20,000 bases of DNA, from the IMG/VR virus record IMGVR_UViG_3300033463_000102, one strand, 5' to 3'. The notes under the pieces were generated by a model. The model was not told where the DNA came from and searched no databases. It was given only the letters and a program-made list of their open reading frames with translations. Position numbers and translations under genes: made by a program. The stretch comes from an uncultured virus (IMG/VR IMGVR_UViG_3300033463_000102) (taxonomy: Duplodnaviria > Heunggongvirae > Uroviricota > Caudoviricetes). This document shows, one piece after another, positions 1 through 8,530 of this stretch. The first letter of the stretch is position 1, and each line of letters starts with the position of its first letter.

Positions 1-573
1 ATCACCAGTAAGCGATTGCCGCATAGCTTCACTATACAATGACGGGTATGCCAGATAGCCTAGCTTGTTGTACCACTCGGAATCGTCCATGGTCTCTTGG
101 ACGGCCTTTGCACGGTTGTAGTTTACATCATGCTGACCTAGTATATCAAAGAACTCCTTTCGGCTTTCCTTGTTCGTCGGGTCGTACCCTAGTTCCGACA
201 TCTTCAAGTCAAGCTCCTTGTTCGGCATGTTGTACCACTTTCCGTCCACTACGAGGTCTTGGAACTTATTAAACTGCTCCTGCTTCGCCTGTACACGGGG
301 CGAGTACTTCCTGTCCCCAAGATACCACATCTTGAACCAGTCATCATCCTTCGAACTGGCCAACTCGGCAGCCATCTTCTCGTCAAACTTGTCCTTAGGG
401 TATTCCTTCTGAACGACGGGCCAAATCTGGTCAGTCAGATATTCGATAGCCTCTTCCCTATCCTTAGGCAATTTGCTGGCCAGTGAAGCATTGACCTGCG
501 GTATAACAGTATATGCCTGCTCGGCTGCCTTTCTTGCCTTGGCGTAAGTATCTACGTTGTATGAAAAAGCCAT
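1..573 (-). CDS. Partial ORF running off the left edge; probable large internal virion/ejection protein
   Basis: Not in the ORF track. ATG at 573 has a GAGGT RBS, and the frame MAFSYNVDTYAKARKAAEQAY... stays open for 191 codons to base 1. Function is inferred only from its position after the gp10-like and ejection genes. Confidence 0.7.
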   Translation of the reverse strand, partial: MAFSYNVDTYAKARKAAEQAYTVIPQVNASLASKLPKDREEAIEYLTDQIWPVVQKEYPKDKFDEKMAAELASSKDDDWFKMWYLGDRKYSPRVQAKQEQFNKFQDLVVDGKWYNMPNKELDLKMSELGYDPTNKESRKEFFDILGQHDVNYNRAKAVQETMDDSEWYNKLGYLAYPSLYSEAMRQSLTGD

Positions 574-584
574 AGCTACCTCTA

Positions 585-1583
585 TTACTTAACTTCGTGC
601 CACTTGCCACCATAGAAGATTTGAGGCTCGTCGTTTACGAACTGGTAGTTGAAGTTGTACTTAGTTCCGTCTTTGTCAACGAACTGCACTTGTTTTTCAC
701 CCTTTGAATTGGCGGCAAGAACCTGACCTTTCTTTACCTTTGGGCCAGCCTTTGCTTTTGCCGCCGCACTTTTTGCATTCTTTCGTATGGTCTCTGCCGA
801 TTTCCTTGCTTTAACGACCTCATCTCCCTTATAGCCCTGCACATTTTTGAACTTTTCAACATTGGCCGCTGCCGATTCGATTGCATCTGGGTTCTTGGAT
901 GCTATGGCCGCATTGAGTTCGCCCATTGCAGCTTCCATTGCCACTGGTCCTTCAAGCTTATTGATTTTGTCATCTATGGCAGCATAGACATCCGACATGT
1001 CGGCACCCTGCTCTGCAAGAAAATCTGCCTTAACCCTTGCAGCTTTAAGCTCGTCAATTGTAGAACTTTCCTTCTTTACGGTTTCGTTTACCTTTTTCTG
1101 GAAATCCTGAGCCATCTTGTAGAGAGTTGCCTCATTCTTGTCTTCCTGTTGTACCGATTCGTTAGCGGGGGCATTCTTATAGCCCTTTTTAGCACCACGT
1201 TCAGCATGGAAGTTGTAGTTGGCTACGGCATCTTCAAGGTCCTTTTGAGTGGCCTTTCCTTCCTTTGCCTTCTGGCGAACGTCATTCAGGTCGCTTCTGG
1301 CATTTGTCATGTCCTTACGCCACTGAATTTCATTCTCCTCGTCAACCTGCTCCTTTCCAGCCTTTGCCATCTTCTCGGCACTTTCCCTGCTGAGCTTGTT
1401 CTGGATGGCCGCATTCAGTGCATTCTGATATGCATCGAGGCCACTGCGGTCACCGTCAACGATGTAGTCGAAACGGGCAGCCCTGTACTCTGGGCTGTTC
1501 CTTTGCGGTGTTCCCTCATTGCGTGCTGCGATACGCTGCTGTACTGCGGCGATATCTGCGTCGATTTCTGCTATGCTTCTCAT
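585..1583 (-). CDS. Ala/Lys/Glu-rich helical protein; probable internal virion (ejection) protein
   Basis: 332 aa with coiled-coil-like composition. TAATG stop/start overlap with the upstream ORF. Lies in the position of podoviral ejection genes. Confidence 0.6.
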   Translation of the reverse strand: MRSIAEIDADIAAVQQRIAARNEGTPQRNSPEYRAARFDYIVDGDRSGLDAYQNALNAAIQNKLSRESAEKMAKAGKEQVDEENEIQWRKDMTNARSDLNDVRQKAKEGKATQKDLEDAVANYNFHAERGAKKGYKNAPANESVQQEDKNEATLYKMAQDFQKKVNETVKKESSTIDELKAARVKADFLAEQGADMSDVYAAIDDKINKLEGPVAMEAAMGELNAAIASKNPDAIESAAANVEKFKNVQGYKGDEVVKARKSAETIRKNAKSAAAKAKAGPKVKKGQVLAANSKGEKQVQFVDKDGTKYNFNYQFVNDEPQIFYGGKWHEVK

Positions 1584-1990
1584 TAGTACAACCCCCTCTT
1601 CCTCAATACTTCGGTGTAGTTAGGAACAACGTAAGACGATGCAGGAGTGTAGCCCTGCATAGCCTGTGCATAGGTGTTAGAAACGCTAGGCCCATTGATG
1701 GTGCTCGGCATCATCAAGCTTGCCCTTTCGTCTCGCAGTTCTTGGTCATTCTCCTGCTGTGCTTGGATAACCTCTTCCCTTTCCTTCTGCAAAGCTGCTA
1801 GCTTGGCCTCGTCGTCTCCCCACGTTTCGTATGTGCGGCCAAGCGCCTTGGCGAAGTTGCCGATGGCCTGTGCATTCTGGTTCCTGCGTTGAGCTTCACG
1901 GTCAATGTATGCCTGACGCCTAGCCAATGCAGCTTCGATTGCAGGCGCCAGCTGCTGTGCCAAATTGTCTCTTTGATAAATTCCAGCCAT
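1583..1990 (-). CDS. Ala/Gln-rich helical protein; probable internal virion protein
   Basis: 135 aa with a GAGGT RBS. Composition and context are typical of ejection proteins. Confidence 0.6.
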   Translation of the reverse strand: MAGIYQRDNLAQQLAPAIEAALARRQAYIDREAQRRNQNAQAIGNFAKALGRTYETWGDDEAKLAALQKEREEVIQAQQENDQELRDERASLMMPSTINGPSVSNTYAQAMQGYTPASSYVVPNYTEVLRKRGLY

Positions 1991-2016
1991 GATTTACCTC
2001 ACGGGATAAATAAGTA

Positions 2017-2712
2017 TTAGTACAAGCCTGCCATGGCCTGTGCATAGGTGGCGTTCGTTGCAATCTTATCTTGCTGTGCTTTCAGCCTGTCGGACTGTGC
2101 AGAATCCATAGCTGCATAGTAGTCGTTGGCAAGGTTACCTTGCAACGTAAGCTTCGTGTTGGTGGCCTCACGCAACTGGTTCAGCTTGTTCTGCATGGCT
2201 GCCGAATAGTCGCTGTACTTCTTGTAGGCGAAGTCACGGTCGTCACGATAGTCTTCCTGTGCAGTCTTGTAGAGTTCCAAGTCCTTGTCGGCAACGGCCT
2301 GTGCGATGGCTTCGGCTGCACCAGAGCCACGTCCAAGGCCTGCACCAGCAGCGCTGTGCTGTACACCTGCAACCTCGTTTGCGATAATCTTGTCACGCAT
2401 CGGGTTGATGAAGTCATTGGCCGTCTTGTTGTAGCTGAACTCAGTCGGGTTGTAGACAAAGTCTTCTGGGTTATATCCAGCGATTGCATCCTTGTAAGAC
2501 AGGGCATCCTCTGCCTTGCCCAACGAACCACGGTTCTCGTAGTACTTGTCGATGTCTTGGAGAATCTTCGTGTACTCGGCATTAGATGCAGTTTGGTCGC
2601 CCGCCAACCTATTGAGAGCGTCCTTACGGGCCTCACGGTCAGCGGAAGAGTTGTACATGTTGCTGATGAGGCTAGCCGCAGCAATACCACCAGCGATAAG
2701 AGCAGGAATCAT
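2017..2712 (-). CDS. DNA transfer/pilot-type ejection protein (P22 gp7-like architecture)
   Basis: Hydrophobic Gly/Ala N-terminus (MIPALIAGGIAAASLIS), an internal AAGAGLGRGSGAA motif and an Ala/Gln-rich helical body. GGAGG RBS. Confidence 0.65.
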   Translation of the reverse strand: MIPALIAGGIAAASLISNMYNSSADREARKDALNRLAGDQTASNAEYTKILQDIDKYYENRGSLGKAEDALSYKDAIAGYNPEDFVYNPTEFSYNKTANDFINPMRDKIIANEVAGVQHSAAGAGLGRGSGAAEAIAQAVADKDLELYKTAQEDYRDDRDFAYKKYSDYSAAMQNKLNQLREATNTKLTLQGNLANDYYAAMDSAQSDRLKAQQDKIATNATYAQAMAGLY

Positions 2713-2721
2713 AGTTGCCTC

Positions 2722-3021
2722 CTAGTTGTCCTTGACCAGTTTAAGGGTTCCCTGTGCACACTCGCTGGCCCCGAGGTCAAGGTTTAATATTGAATTCGTT
2801 ACGTTGATGACGTTCCCTTCGTTTGTCAGTAGGAAGCCGTCGTACACTTCTGGGAGCTGGTAGTTCGATACCTTGGCTCCCCTGTTGGCCACCACAAGCA
2901 GCAGGTTCTTGAATACGGTTACGCTGCCCCAGCCTTCGCCAAGGTAGCCGTACTTGCCTTTCAGCGCCTCGATGTTCGGGTTCTCCTGCGAGTATCTTAT
3001 GAGTTTCATTTCGTTTGTCAT
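2722..3021 (-). CDS. Hypothetical virion-module protein (99 aa)
   Basis: Start moved to the ATG at 3021 (MTNEMKL...), which has a GGAGG RBS directly after the upstream stop. Confidence 0.65.
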   Translation of the reverse strand: MTNEMKLIRYSQENPNIEALKGKYGYLGEGWGSVTVFKNLLLVVANRGAKVSNYQLPEVYDGFLLTNEGNVINVTNSILNLDLGASECAQGTLKLVKDN

Positions 3022-3029
3022 AATCCCTC

Positions 3030-4640
3030 CTAGAACCAAGCCGCTGGTGACCATGCCACCTTCATGTTCTCTATGGCGAACGGAACTTCCTCGGTCGTGC
3101 TTATTTCAATCGTGAAGAACTTGCCATAGCCAAGATGCCACATCGTTGTCTGCCACTTATAGTCGCCAACCTTGCCTAGGAAGTAGTCCTCGTAGTCCGA
3201 GAAGTTGCCACCGTCCCAAGTGTAGCGCACGGACACCCTAGGGTTCAGCTCGCCGTCCACAGGCTGCGTCAATGCGCCGTCAATGAGGTTGGCAAAGCGT
3301 GTGCTGTGCTGTCCGTTGTTGCAGATAAGTTCAATGCTGTCGATGAAGAACGGCTGGTCGTTCGATGTCAGCACACCGCCCCTGCGTAGTTTCAGAATCT
3401 TGCGTCCGTCATGCTCGTGGAAAACGTGTTCGTCCATGTAGCACAAAGTATTGCCAGCAGCCACCATTGTTCTGTTGTATGCAAACGTAGCATGAGAATA
3501 ACGCCAGAACGTTAGGTTGTTCGATGCGTCGTAGCTTGCACGCCTGTGCCACTTGTTCTCGGTCACGTCATACACGTATGTCATCTTGCTGTCCTCGAAA
3601 GTCAGCGAGTAGAACACATGACGATGTTCCTGCCAGATGCTCGAATAGGCGTTCTCTGGATGCACCATCTGGGCCAGTTCACGCTCCACGTCTCCCGTGG
3701 ATACACGTGTCAACTGCGTATCGTTAATCATGAACACGGCGTTCTCACCAATGTCGGAAGAGCCCAGCCAGATTGTCGTGTGGCCAAGCATGCACAACGA
3801 ATTGACGGCCTTTATGCCTATGTTTCCCGCAGCGTTGTCAGGTGAGCTGAACGGGTTGTTCTTGTCGTCGTTGAAGGAGAACACCTGCCAGCTCCTCGGG
3901 CCAAAGGTCATCAGCTTACTGCCATTGCTGCAGAGTGCAGACGTGATATCTTGGCACCACTCACTGAAAGTTATGAATCCAATGTTGTTCGTTGTAGACA
4001 AACGCCAGATGTCGTAATCAATCTCATTTGCATCAGTAAGCGTTTCAAACGGATACTGTATGCTCGTATAGAACGCATCGGTTCCATCGTCATTACATAC
4101 AAGGTAACCATACAGGTAGGCCACGTGCGTCGGCTTGATGTGCTGAGAATCGTCAAGCGGCTTCAACGGCAACTCGATTGTACGGAAGTCAGTACGCTGC
4201 GATGCAATAGGAATTGTCGTATCGACCGCATACATGCTGAATCCGTCAACGATAACAAGGTGCGGGTGGGCTGAATTGTAGCCACCAGTTTCCACCATGC
4301 GGCATTCTGTGCTCGTGCTCTCGATAGTCGCAATGACATGCTTCGTTCCGTCCTTGTCGAACAGGTAAAGCTTATGGCCAAAGACACCGTACAAGGCAGG
4401 CTCGTTGCCAGTCTCGTCACGGCCTCTGGACACCCTGTATAGACCACGGCATACCCCGTCAAGTTCCTCTGCAAAGGAAACTTCTCCATCTACGGAGCGC
4501 ATCAACAACTGGGTGCTGTGCTCGTTCAGGTCCTGCGTTTCAGGGTACATGTTTACACTATCGCCAAGGCCTACCTTGACGATATTGGAGCGGGACAATC
4601 CCCCAGCCACGTTCTGAACTAGAAGAACCCTGTTTCCCAT
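3030..4640 (-). CDS. Packaged-DNA stabilization/tail hub protein (P22 gp10-like)
   Basis: 536-aa beta-rich protein with motifs recognisable from the gp10 family: N-terminal VNMYPE, HVAYLYGYLV, FGPRSWQVF, TYVYDVTENKWHRR and C-terminal WHLGYGK. Directly follows a gp4-like gene. Confidence 0.8.
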   Translation of the reverse strand: MGNRVLLVQNVAGGLSRSNIVKVGLGDSVNMYPETQDLNEHSTQLLMRSVDGEVSFAEELDGVCRGLYRVSRGRDETGNEPALYGVFGHKLYLFDKDGTKHVIATIESTSTECRMVETGGYNSAHPHLVIVDGFSMYAVDTTIPIASQRTDFRTIELPLKPLDDSQHIKPTHVAYLYGYLVCNDDGTDAFYTSIQYPFETLTDANEIDYDIWRLSTTNNIGFITFSEWCQDITSALCSNGSKLMTFGPRSWQVFSFNDDKNNPFSSPDNAAGNIGIKAVNSLCMLGHTTIWLGSSDIGENAVFMINDTQLTRVSTGDVERELAQMVHPENAYSSIWQEHRHVFYSLTFEDSKMTYVYDVTENKWHRRASYDASNNLTFWRYSHATFAYNRTMVAAGNTLCYMDEHVFHEHDGRKILKLRRGGVLTSNDQPFFIDSIELICNNGQHSTRFANLIDGALTQPVDGELNPRVSVRYTWDGGNFSDYEDYFLGKVGDYKWQTTMWHLGYGKFFTIEISTTEEVPFAIENMKVAWSPAAWF

Positions 4641-5564
4641 TTAGAACCCCCACATTCTGCCGCCAACTACGCCCCAGTAAGAACTACGGTCATCGTAGCC
4701 GTCACCACGCAATACCTGCTTGGCATCGGCCTTTGGCGTCTTTACGTTGTTCAGCATTCCTTCCAGCTCGGTGGCCAAGCGTGCAACCTGTGCATCGTCC
4801 ATCCTAGGATAGGCCACCGCCAACTTATACGTAAGGGCCACGGTGAGCAGCTCCGTATAAGCGTCGGGTATTCTCAAATCTGTATCCAAGTCAAACTCGA
4901 TGGCCCTGTTGTAGTCAAGGCGGAGCTTTACGTTCTGCGCAACAAGATAGGGCTTGACCTCGATAATCCATTCTCCCTGCGACAAGTCGTTGAAAGTCCA
5001 AATCAAGTCAGTGTTGCAATATGAATCAAAGTCTGCATAAGGCTCGAAGTGCATTTCCAGCATTCCGCAAGGCTGACCCCTGTTGATTGCCAAGGTATTC
5101 AGCTTGGAAACTCCGTCAAGGTGAACATGGTATGCGTTTACGTAATTAAGAATCTGCTGATACCTCGGGTCAAACCCGTCCACTTCGATTGGTTCCCAGT
5201 GATATGCCCCCATAGTCTCCACGACTCCGTAGACTTGCTGGGGATTGGTCCTGATGACCGCCCAAGCATTGTTCTGCTTCTCTTCCACAGACGGGACATA
5301 TCTGGTCATTTCCGCCATATCATTGAAGACGTAATTGTATTCACCGAGCATGGTATCGTGCTGTCCATAAATATGTATAACCTTCCTTGCCGGAAGGTCA
5401 AGCTTCTGCTGGGTGAACGAAAGGAAATTGTCATTGTTGTACTTGCTGACAATCCCTTTAAGCAAATTGAAAGAGCTCTGTACCAAGTCACCTGGAGCAG
5501 GTTGCCGCCTCGGCACGACATTTGCTCGGCTAAGAGCCTCTGTAATAATGGAGCGGACTTCCAT
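4641..5564 (-). CDS. Head-tail adaptor (P22 gp4/tail tubular A-like), enlarged
   Basis: N-terminal IITEALSRANVV...SFNLLKGIV helices and C-terminal IPDAYTELLTVALTYKLAVAYP resemble adaptor proteins. Adjacent to the gp10-like gene. Confidence 0.7.
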   Translation of the reverse strand: MEVRSIITEALSRANVVPRRQPAPGDLVQSSFNLLKGIVSKYNNDNFLSFTQQKLDLPARKVIHIYGQHDTMLGEYNYVFNDMAEMTRYVPSVEEKQNNAWAVIRTNPQQVYGVVETMGAYHWEPIEVDGFDPRYQQILNYVNAYHVHLDGVSKLNTLAINRGQPCGMLEMHFEPYADFDSYCNTDLIWTFNDLSQGEWIIEVKPYLVAQNVKLRLDYNRAIEFDLDTDLRIPDAYTELLTVALTYKLAVAYPRMDDAQVARLATELEGMLNNVKTPKADAKQVLRGDGYDDRSSYWGVVGGRMWGF

Positions 5565-5614
5565 GGATAAGCCCTCATGTTTGATTGTTAAACGTTTACA
5601 TTTATAATAAGTAG

Positions 5615-6949
5615 TTACAGGCCCGCATAGTACCTGTCCAAGACGCTCCTTGCCTTCTCTGCGGAATACCCACCGTCTGGCTTTGCACCGCCATGGTTCT
5701 TCGCATAGACGGCCAGTGCGACGGCATCAGCCAAGTCAGGGGAGTGCCCCAGAATCTTCTTTGCGAGTTCCTTCGGCAACAGCGAACGCTGGCCCCTCTT
5801 GTTGATTTCCACCTGCATGGCAAGGATTTCATTCTTCACCTCGTCGCAGACCCAGAAGCCATTCCTGATTTCCTTTGCCAGCTCCAAGTACATTTCCGTC
5901 CTTGCATTGGGGTAGTCGTTCTCGTTATAGGCCTTCTGGGCAAAGTTGATGGAAGTCATCTTCATGTCCTTCGTCTCGGCAAGGTCCATGGCCCCCTGAC
6001 CATAGCCGCCAGTGCCGTCGCCATAGGCGCCTATGGGCTTGAAGCTCCGCCACAGTTCGGCAATCTGCTCCACCTTCTGGTTCGTGTTCAGGTCAGGCGC
6101 CTTCTTCCAGTCAATCATGCCCGTCTCGTCGATGATTACAGCCGTGTTCTCGTCAGCGCCAAGGCCAGCGAAGTCGGCCCCAAGCCAATACCCCTTGCGG
6201 TGCGGATTCACCAGCTTGGCCGCAATGAAGTCGGAACGCATTACAATCTGGGATGCGATGTCGAAGTCGAAGATTTCGCCAAGCACCTGCTGACGGTATA
6301 TGTTCGACCCCTCGATATAACGGTCTTTCAGGCCCTGCTTGAACTTCTCGGAAGTGAACGGGTTGTCCAGTGCAGTCGCATGGATTACTGAATCGGGGTG
6401 GTTCTTGCACAGGGAGCTGAACCAGTTCTCTGCGGACATGGACTGCGGGGAACTGATTAGCCTAGTCATCGGCTCGTATCGGCCACCACGCATACGGTCA
6501 GAAGCATACTGGTATGCCTCTTCCACGATGTAGGCGCTCTCGTCCATCGCAAGGATATCTATTTCGGAAAGGCCGAGCATGCCGCTCGGGTTTTCACTTG
6601 AATACCCGAACATCACCGAGCCGTTCGAAAGCATGAACTCCTGGTCGGACTTGTTGTACTCGTAGCCCAGCTTGAACATTCCGCACACGGCCTGCATTTC
6701 ACGGATAAGAACACGCTTCAAAGCCTTGTGGGTCTGTGCGATGCCTATGCAACGGCAAGAGGGTTTCTTGGCCATCTGCATTATCAGCCAGATAGCCAAT
6801 GCCCTGGACTTGCCTGCTGAAATGCCAGTACATGCAATCCTGAGGTCGTCATTGAAACCGTCAAGGATAAACTTGCGCTGCCACTCGGACAGCTGCAACT
6901 TAATTGCCGCCGACGATTTCGAATTCGAGCTTGATTTCCTTGCTGCCAT
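5615..6949 (-). CDS. terL: Terminase large subunit
   Basis: Q-motif (LSEWQ), Walker A-like TGISAGKS, Walker B LAMDE, coupling motif ISSP, DNPF, and RNase H-like nuclease motifs GADFAG..D and SPDLADA. GGAGG RBS. Confidence 0.93.
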   Translation of the reverse strand: MAARKSSSNSKSSAAIKLQLSEWQRKFILDGFNDDLRIACTGISAGKSRALAIWLIMQMAKKPSCRCIGIAQTHKALKRVLIREMQAVCGMFKLGYEYNKSDQEFMLSNGSVMFGYSSENPSGMLGLSEIDILAMDESAYIVEEAYQYASDRMRGGRYEPMTRLISSPQSMSAENWFSSLCKNHPDSVIHATALDNPFTSEKFKQGLKDRYIEGSNIYRQQVLGEIFDFDIASQIVMRSDFIAAKLVNPHRKGYWLGADFAGLGADENTAVIIDETGMIDWKKAPDLNTNQKVEQIAELWRSFKPIGAYGDGTGGYGQGAMDLAETKDMKMTSINFAQKAYNENDYPNARTEMYLELAKEIRNGFWVCDEVKNEILAMQVEINKRGQRSLLPKELAKKILGHSPDLADAVALAVYAKNHGGAKPDGGYSAEKARSVLDRYYAGL

Positions 6950-7397
6950 TCTTTGCCTCCGTCGGTTCTGCCGAAGTAGAGGCCTTCACACTCAATCCCT
7001 TGTTCTTCTGGGCCCACCTTTCGCTATCCCTGCGTTCAAGAATCTGCAGGTATCTGAGGGCCCTCTTGTTGTCAGGGTTAAGCAACAGTTCCTTTGTCAG
7101 AAGCTGTCGCAACAGGAGCACTTTCTCCTCATAGTAGACAGCAGGAACCTTGTCGATGATAGTTCCTGCGGGAGCCCAGTGGAAAGCCACCTTGGCCCAA
7201 TCAGAAACATTGTCGCATGACAGAAGTGCAATGGTCAACTCTACGTTCGACTGGGGACAAACTAGACGATTAGCGCCTTCCGTGATAGTAGTGGAAAGCG
7301 TGACGTGCTTATAATTCATTTCAAGCCAACTCGTTAGAGTCGAGCCTGGATGTTCGGTGGCGAGTTGTGCCGCCTTCTTTTTTCCCAATCTTTTCAT
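6900..7397 (-). CDS. Probable terminase small subunit
   Basis: Immediately upstream of terL and overlapping it by 50 nt. C-terminal YLQILERRDSERW followed by a terminal beta-strand (IKLEFEIV) resembles TerS. Start re-called at the ATG at 7397 because the longer ORF overlaps 7438-7644. Confidence 0.6.
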   Translation of the reverse strand: MKRLGKKKAAQLATEHPGSTLTSWLEMNYKHVTLSTTITEGANRLVCPQSNVELTIALLSCDNVSDWAKVAFHWAPAGTIIDKVPAVYYEEKVLLLRQLLTKELLLNPDNKRALRYLQILERRDSERWAQKNKGLSVKASTSAEPTEAKNGSKEIKLEFEIVGGN

Positions 7398-7413
7398 ACT
7401 ATAAATAAGTAGA

Positions 7414-7432
7414 GCCGCCCATCGTGGGCGGC
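7414..7432 (-). terminator. GC-rich hairpin followed by a T-rich tract
   Basis: Minus strand reads GCCGCCC-ACGAT-GGGCGGC then TCTACTTATTT, just after the stop at 7438. Confidence 0.5.
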
Positions 7433-7437
7433 CTTGC

Positions 7438-7644
7438 TTACCGAGCCTTGCGCTGTCTTGCGTACATCGTATCGAAAGGGTTTCCGTTCGGATTCTTTCG
7501 GGGGATTTCCTCGACAACCCTTGGTGGGTCATCAGTAACCTGCATTGCCGACTCGGGCGCCTTGTCAATCTGGTCAGGCGGAGTCTGCAAGTCCAAAGGG
7601 TCGGTTTTCTTTACTGTCTTTTTCTTGGTCGGTTGCTTAATCAT
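7438..7644 (-). CDS. Small basic/disordered hypothetical protein (68 aa)
   Basis: ATG at 7644 with an AAGGAG RBS; begins MIKQPTKKKTVKK. Confidence 0.6.
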   Translation of the reverse strand: MIKQPTKKKTVKKTDPLDLQTPPDQIDKAPESAMQVTDDPPRVVEEIPRKNPNGNPFDTMYARQRKAR

Positions 7645-7819
7645 GGCTTTCTCCTTGTGGAATTTTGCCTGCTGCGGCATCTAACTCACAGCACACACAT
7701 TTCTGAGATGTTATTGACGACTTGTCGAGATAATATAACCCTACGCAAAGAATAAGGGCTAGCATAATTACGATACCCCAAAGAGCTGCTGCAATCGATT
7801 CATTGGATTCCGTTTTCAT
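7637..7819 (-). CDS. Small single-TM membrane protein (60 aa)
   Basis: ATG at 7819 with a GGAGG RBS. Hydrophobic stretch IAAALWGIVIMLALILCVGLYYL and a CVCC motif. Confidence 0.6.
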   Translation of the reverse strand: MKTESNESIAAALWGIVIMLALILCVGLYYLDKSSITSQKCVCCELDAAAGKIPQGESHD

Positions 7820-8240
7820 CGTCGTCCTCCACATATGCAGTAACCGAAATGACTTTCTTAAATTCCAGCTCATTTCCCGCCTGCCGTATTAGCTTTAATA
7901 CAGTCGGCTGGACAAGGTGAGTATGAAGTTCATCCAAGTCCTTGGTCGCAAAATTCATTTCTCCGATTTGGATGTTGTAGACGTGATTTTCTCCATTCTT
8001 AGTCTTTACCGTCATGACTACCTTAAACGGACCATCTATATCGCATTGCTTTTTGTTCAGGTATTCCGTCATTGCTTCTGCGGGAGCCTCGCAATAGTAA
8101 GTCGTGGTAAGCTCCTGCCCTTCAAGAGGAACTCTAGTACACCAAGACTTATAGCCTTCATGATGCTTGGGATTCTCCGCAACCAGCAAATTAGGGGCCC
8201 ACCAAAAAGCCTTATCTACTGTAATTTCTGATGATTTCAT
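7800..8240 (-). CDS. Hypothetical protein (146 aa)
   Basis: ATG at 8240 has an AGGAG RBS. An in-frame upstream ATG at 8327 also exists. Confidence 0.7.
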   Translation of the reverse strand: MKSSEITVDKAFWWAPNLLVAENPKHHEGYKSWCTRVPLEGQELTTTYYCEAPAEAMTEYLNKKQCDIDGPFKVVMTVKTKNGENHVYNIQIGEMNFATKDLDELHTHLVQPTVLKLIRQAGNELEFKKVISVTAYVEDDDENGIQ

Positions 8241-8256
8241 AACTACTCCTATCTGG

Positions 8257-8285
8257 AAAGAAAGCCCACGGGTTCCCCCGTGGGC
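8257..8285 (-). terminator. Intrinsic terminator
   Basis: GCCCACGGG-GGAA-CCCGTGGGC (perfect 9-bp stem, GNRA loop) followed by TTTCTTT. Confidence 0.8.
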
Positions 8286-8333
8286 CCTTGATGAGTTAGC
8301 TTGACTTTTTAGAGTAACAACCCGCATGGGCCT

Positions 8334-8361
8334 AGTTTATCCTTTTTTTCCTTCCATGCAA
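8334..8361 (-). promoter_or_regulatory. Sigma70-like promoter
   Basis: TTGCAT-16 nt-TAAACT; same -10 hexamer as the promoter at 9477-9505. Confidence 0.5.
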
Positions 8362-8464
8362 GTTGTTGACCCTAGTGGACAGATGGGTGAAACTGATAGC
8401 ACACATTTGTTGAAGAAAACCCCATCTGCCCGCTAGGGCCCAGCCCGAAGGCTGAACCCACAAC
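8362..8464 (-). ncRNA. Candidate structured ncRNA of unknown family
   Basis: A C(UUCG)G-capped 10-bp hairpin (8436-8459), a ~20-bp stem (8368-8387 with 8421-8440) enclosing a 33-nt loop, and a GUUGU/ACAAC closing pair. G-U pairs favour the minus strand. Confidence 0.6.
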
Positions 8465-8530
8465 AGGTAGGTTAACATGAACAATAAGTAGCCTGTCTAT
8501 TTTAAGCCAGTCAGGCAAGTTGGCTGTTAG

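Noticed and set aside
5589..5598. Palindrome TAAACGTTTA upstream of the adaptor gene, sharing TGTAAAC with the 12286-12299 operator
   Set aside because: It is too short and AT-rich to call an operator without further copies.
7398..7568. Long N-terminal extension of the TerS-like ORF
   Set aside because: It overlaps the RBS-supported ORF 7438-7644 and a hairpin.
8332..8478. 48-codon minus-strand ORF (MLTYLLWVQPSGW...) over the structured RNA
   Set aside because: It has no SD and its composition is explained by the RNA stems. It cannot be fully excluded because its ATG lies 4 nt after a TACTTATT motif.
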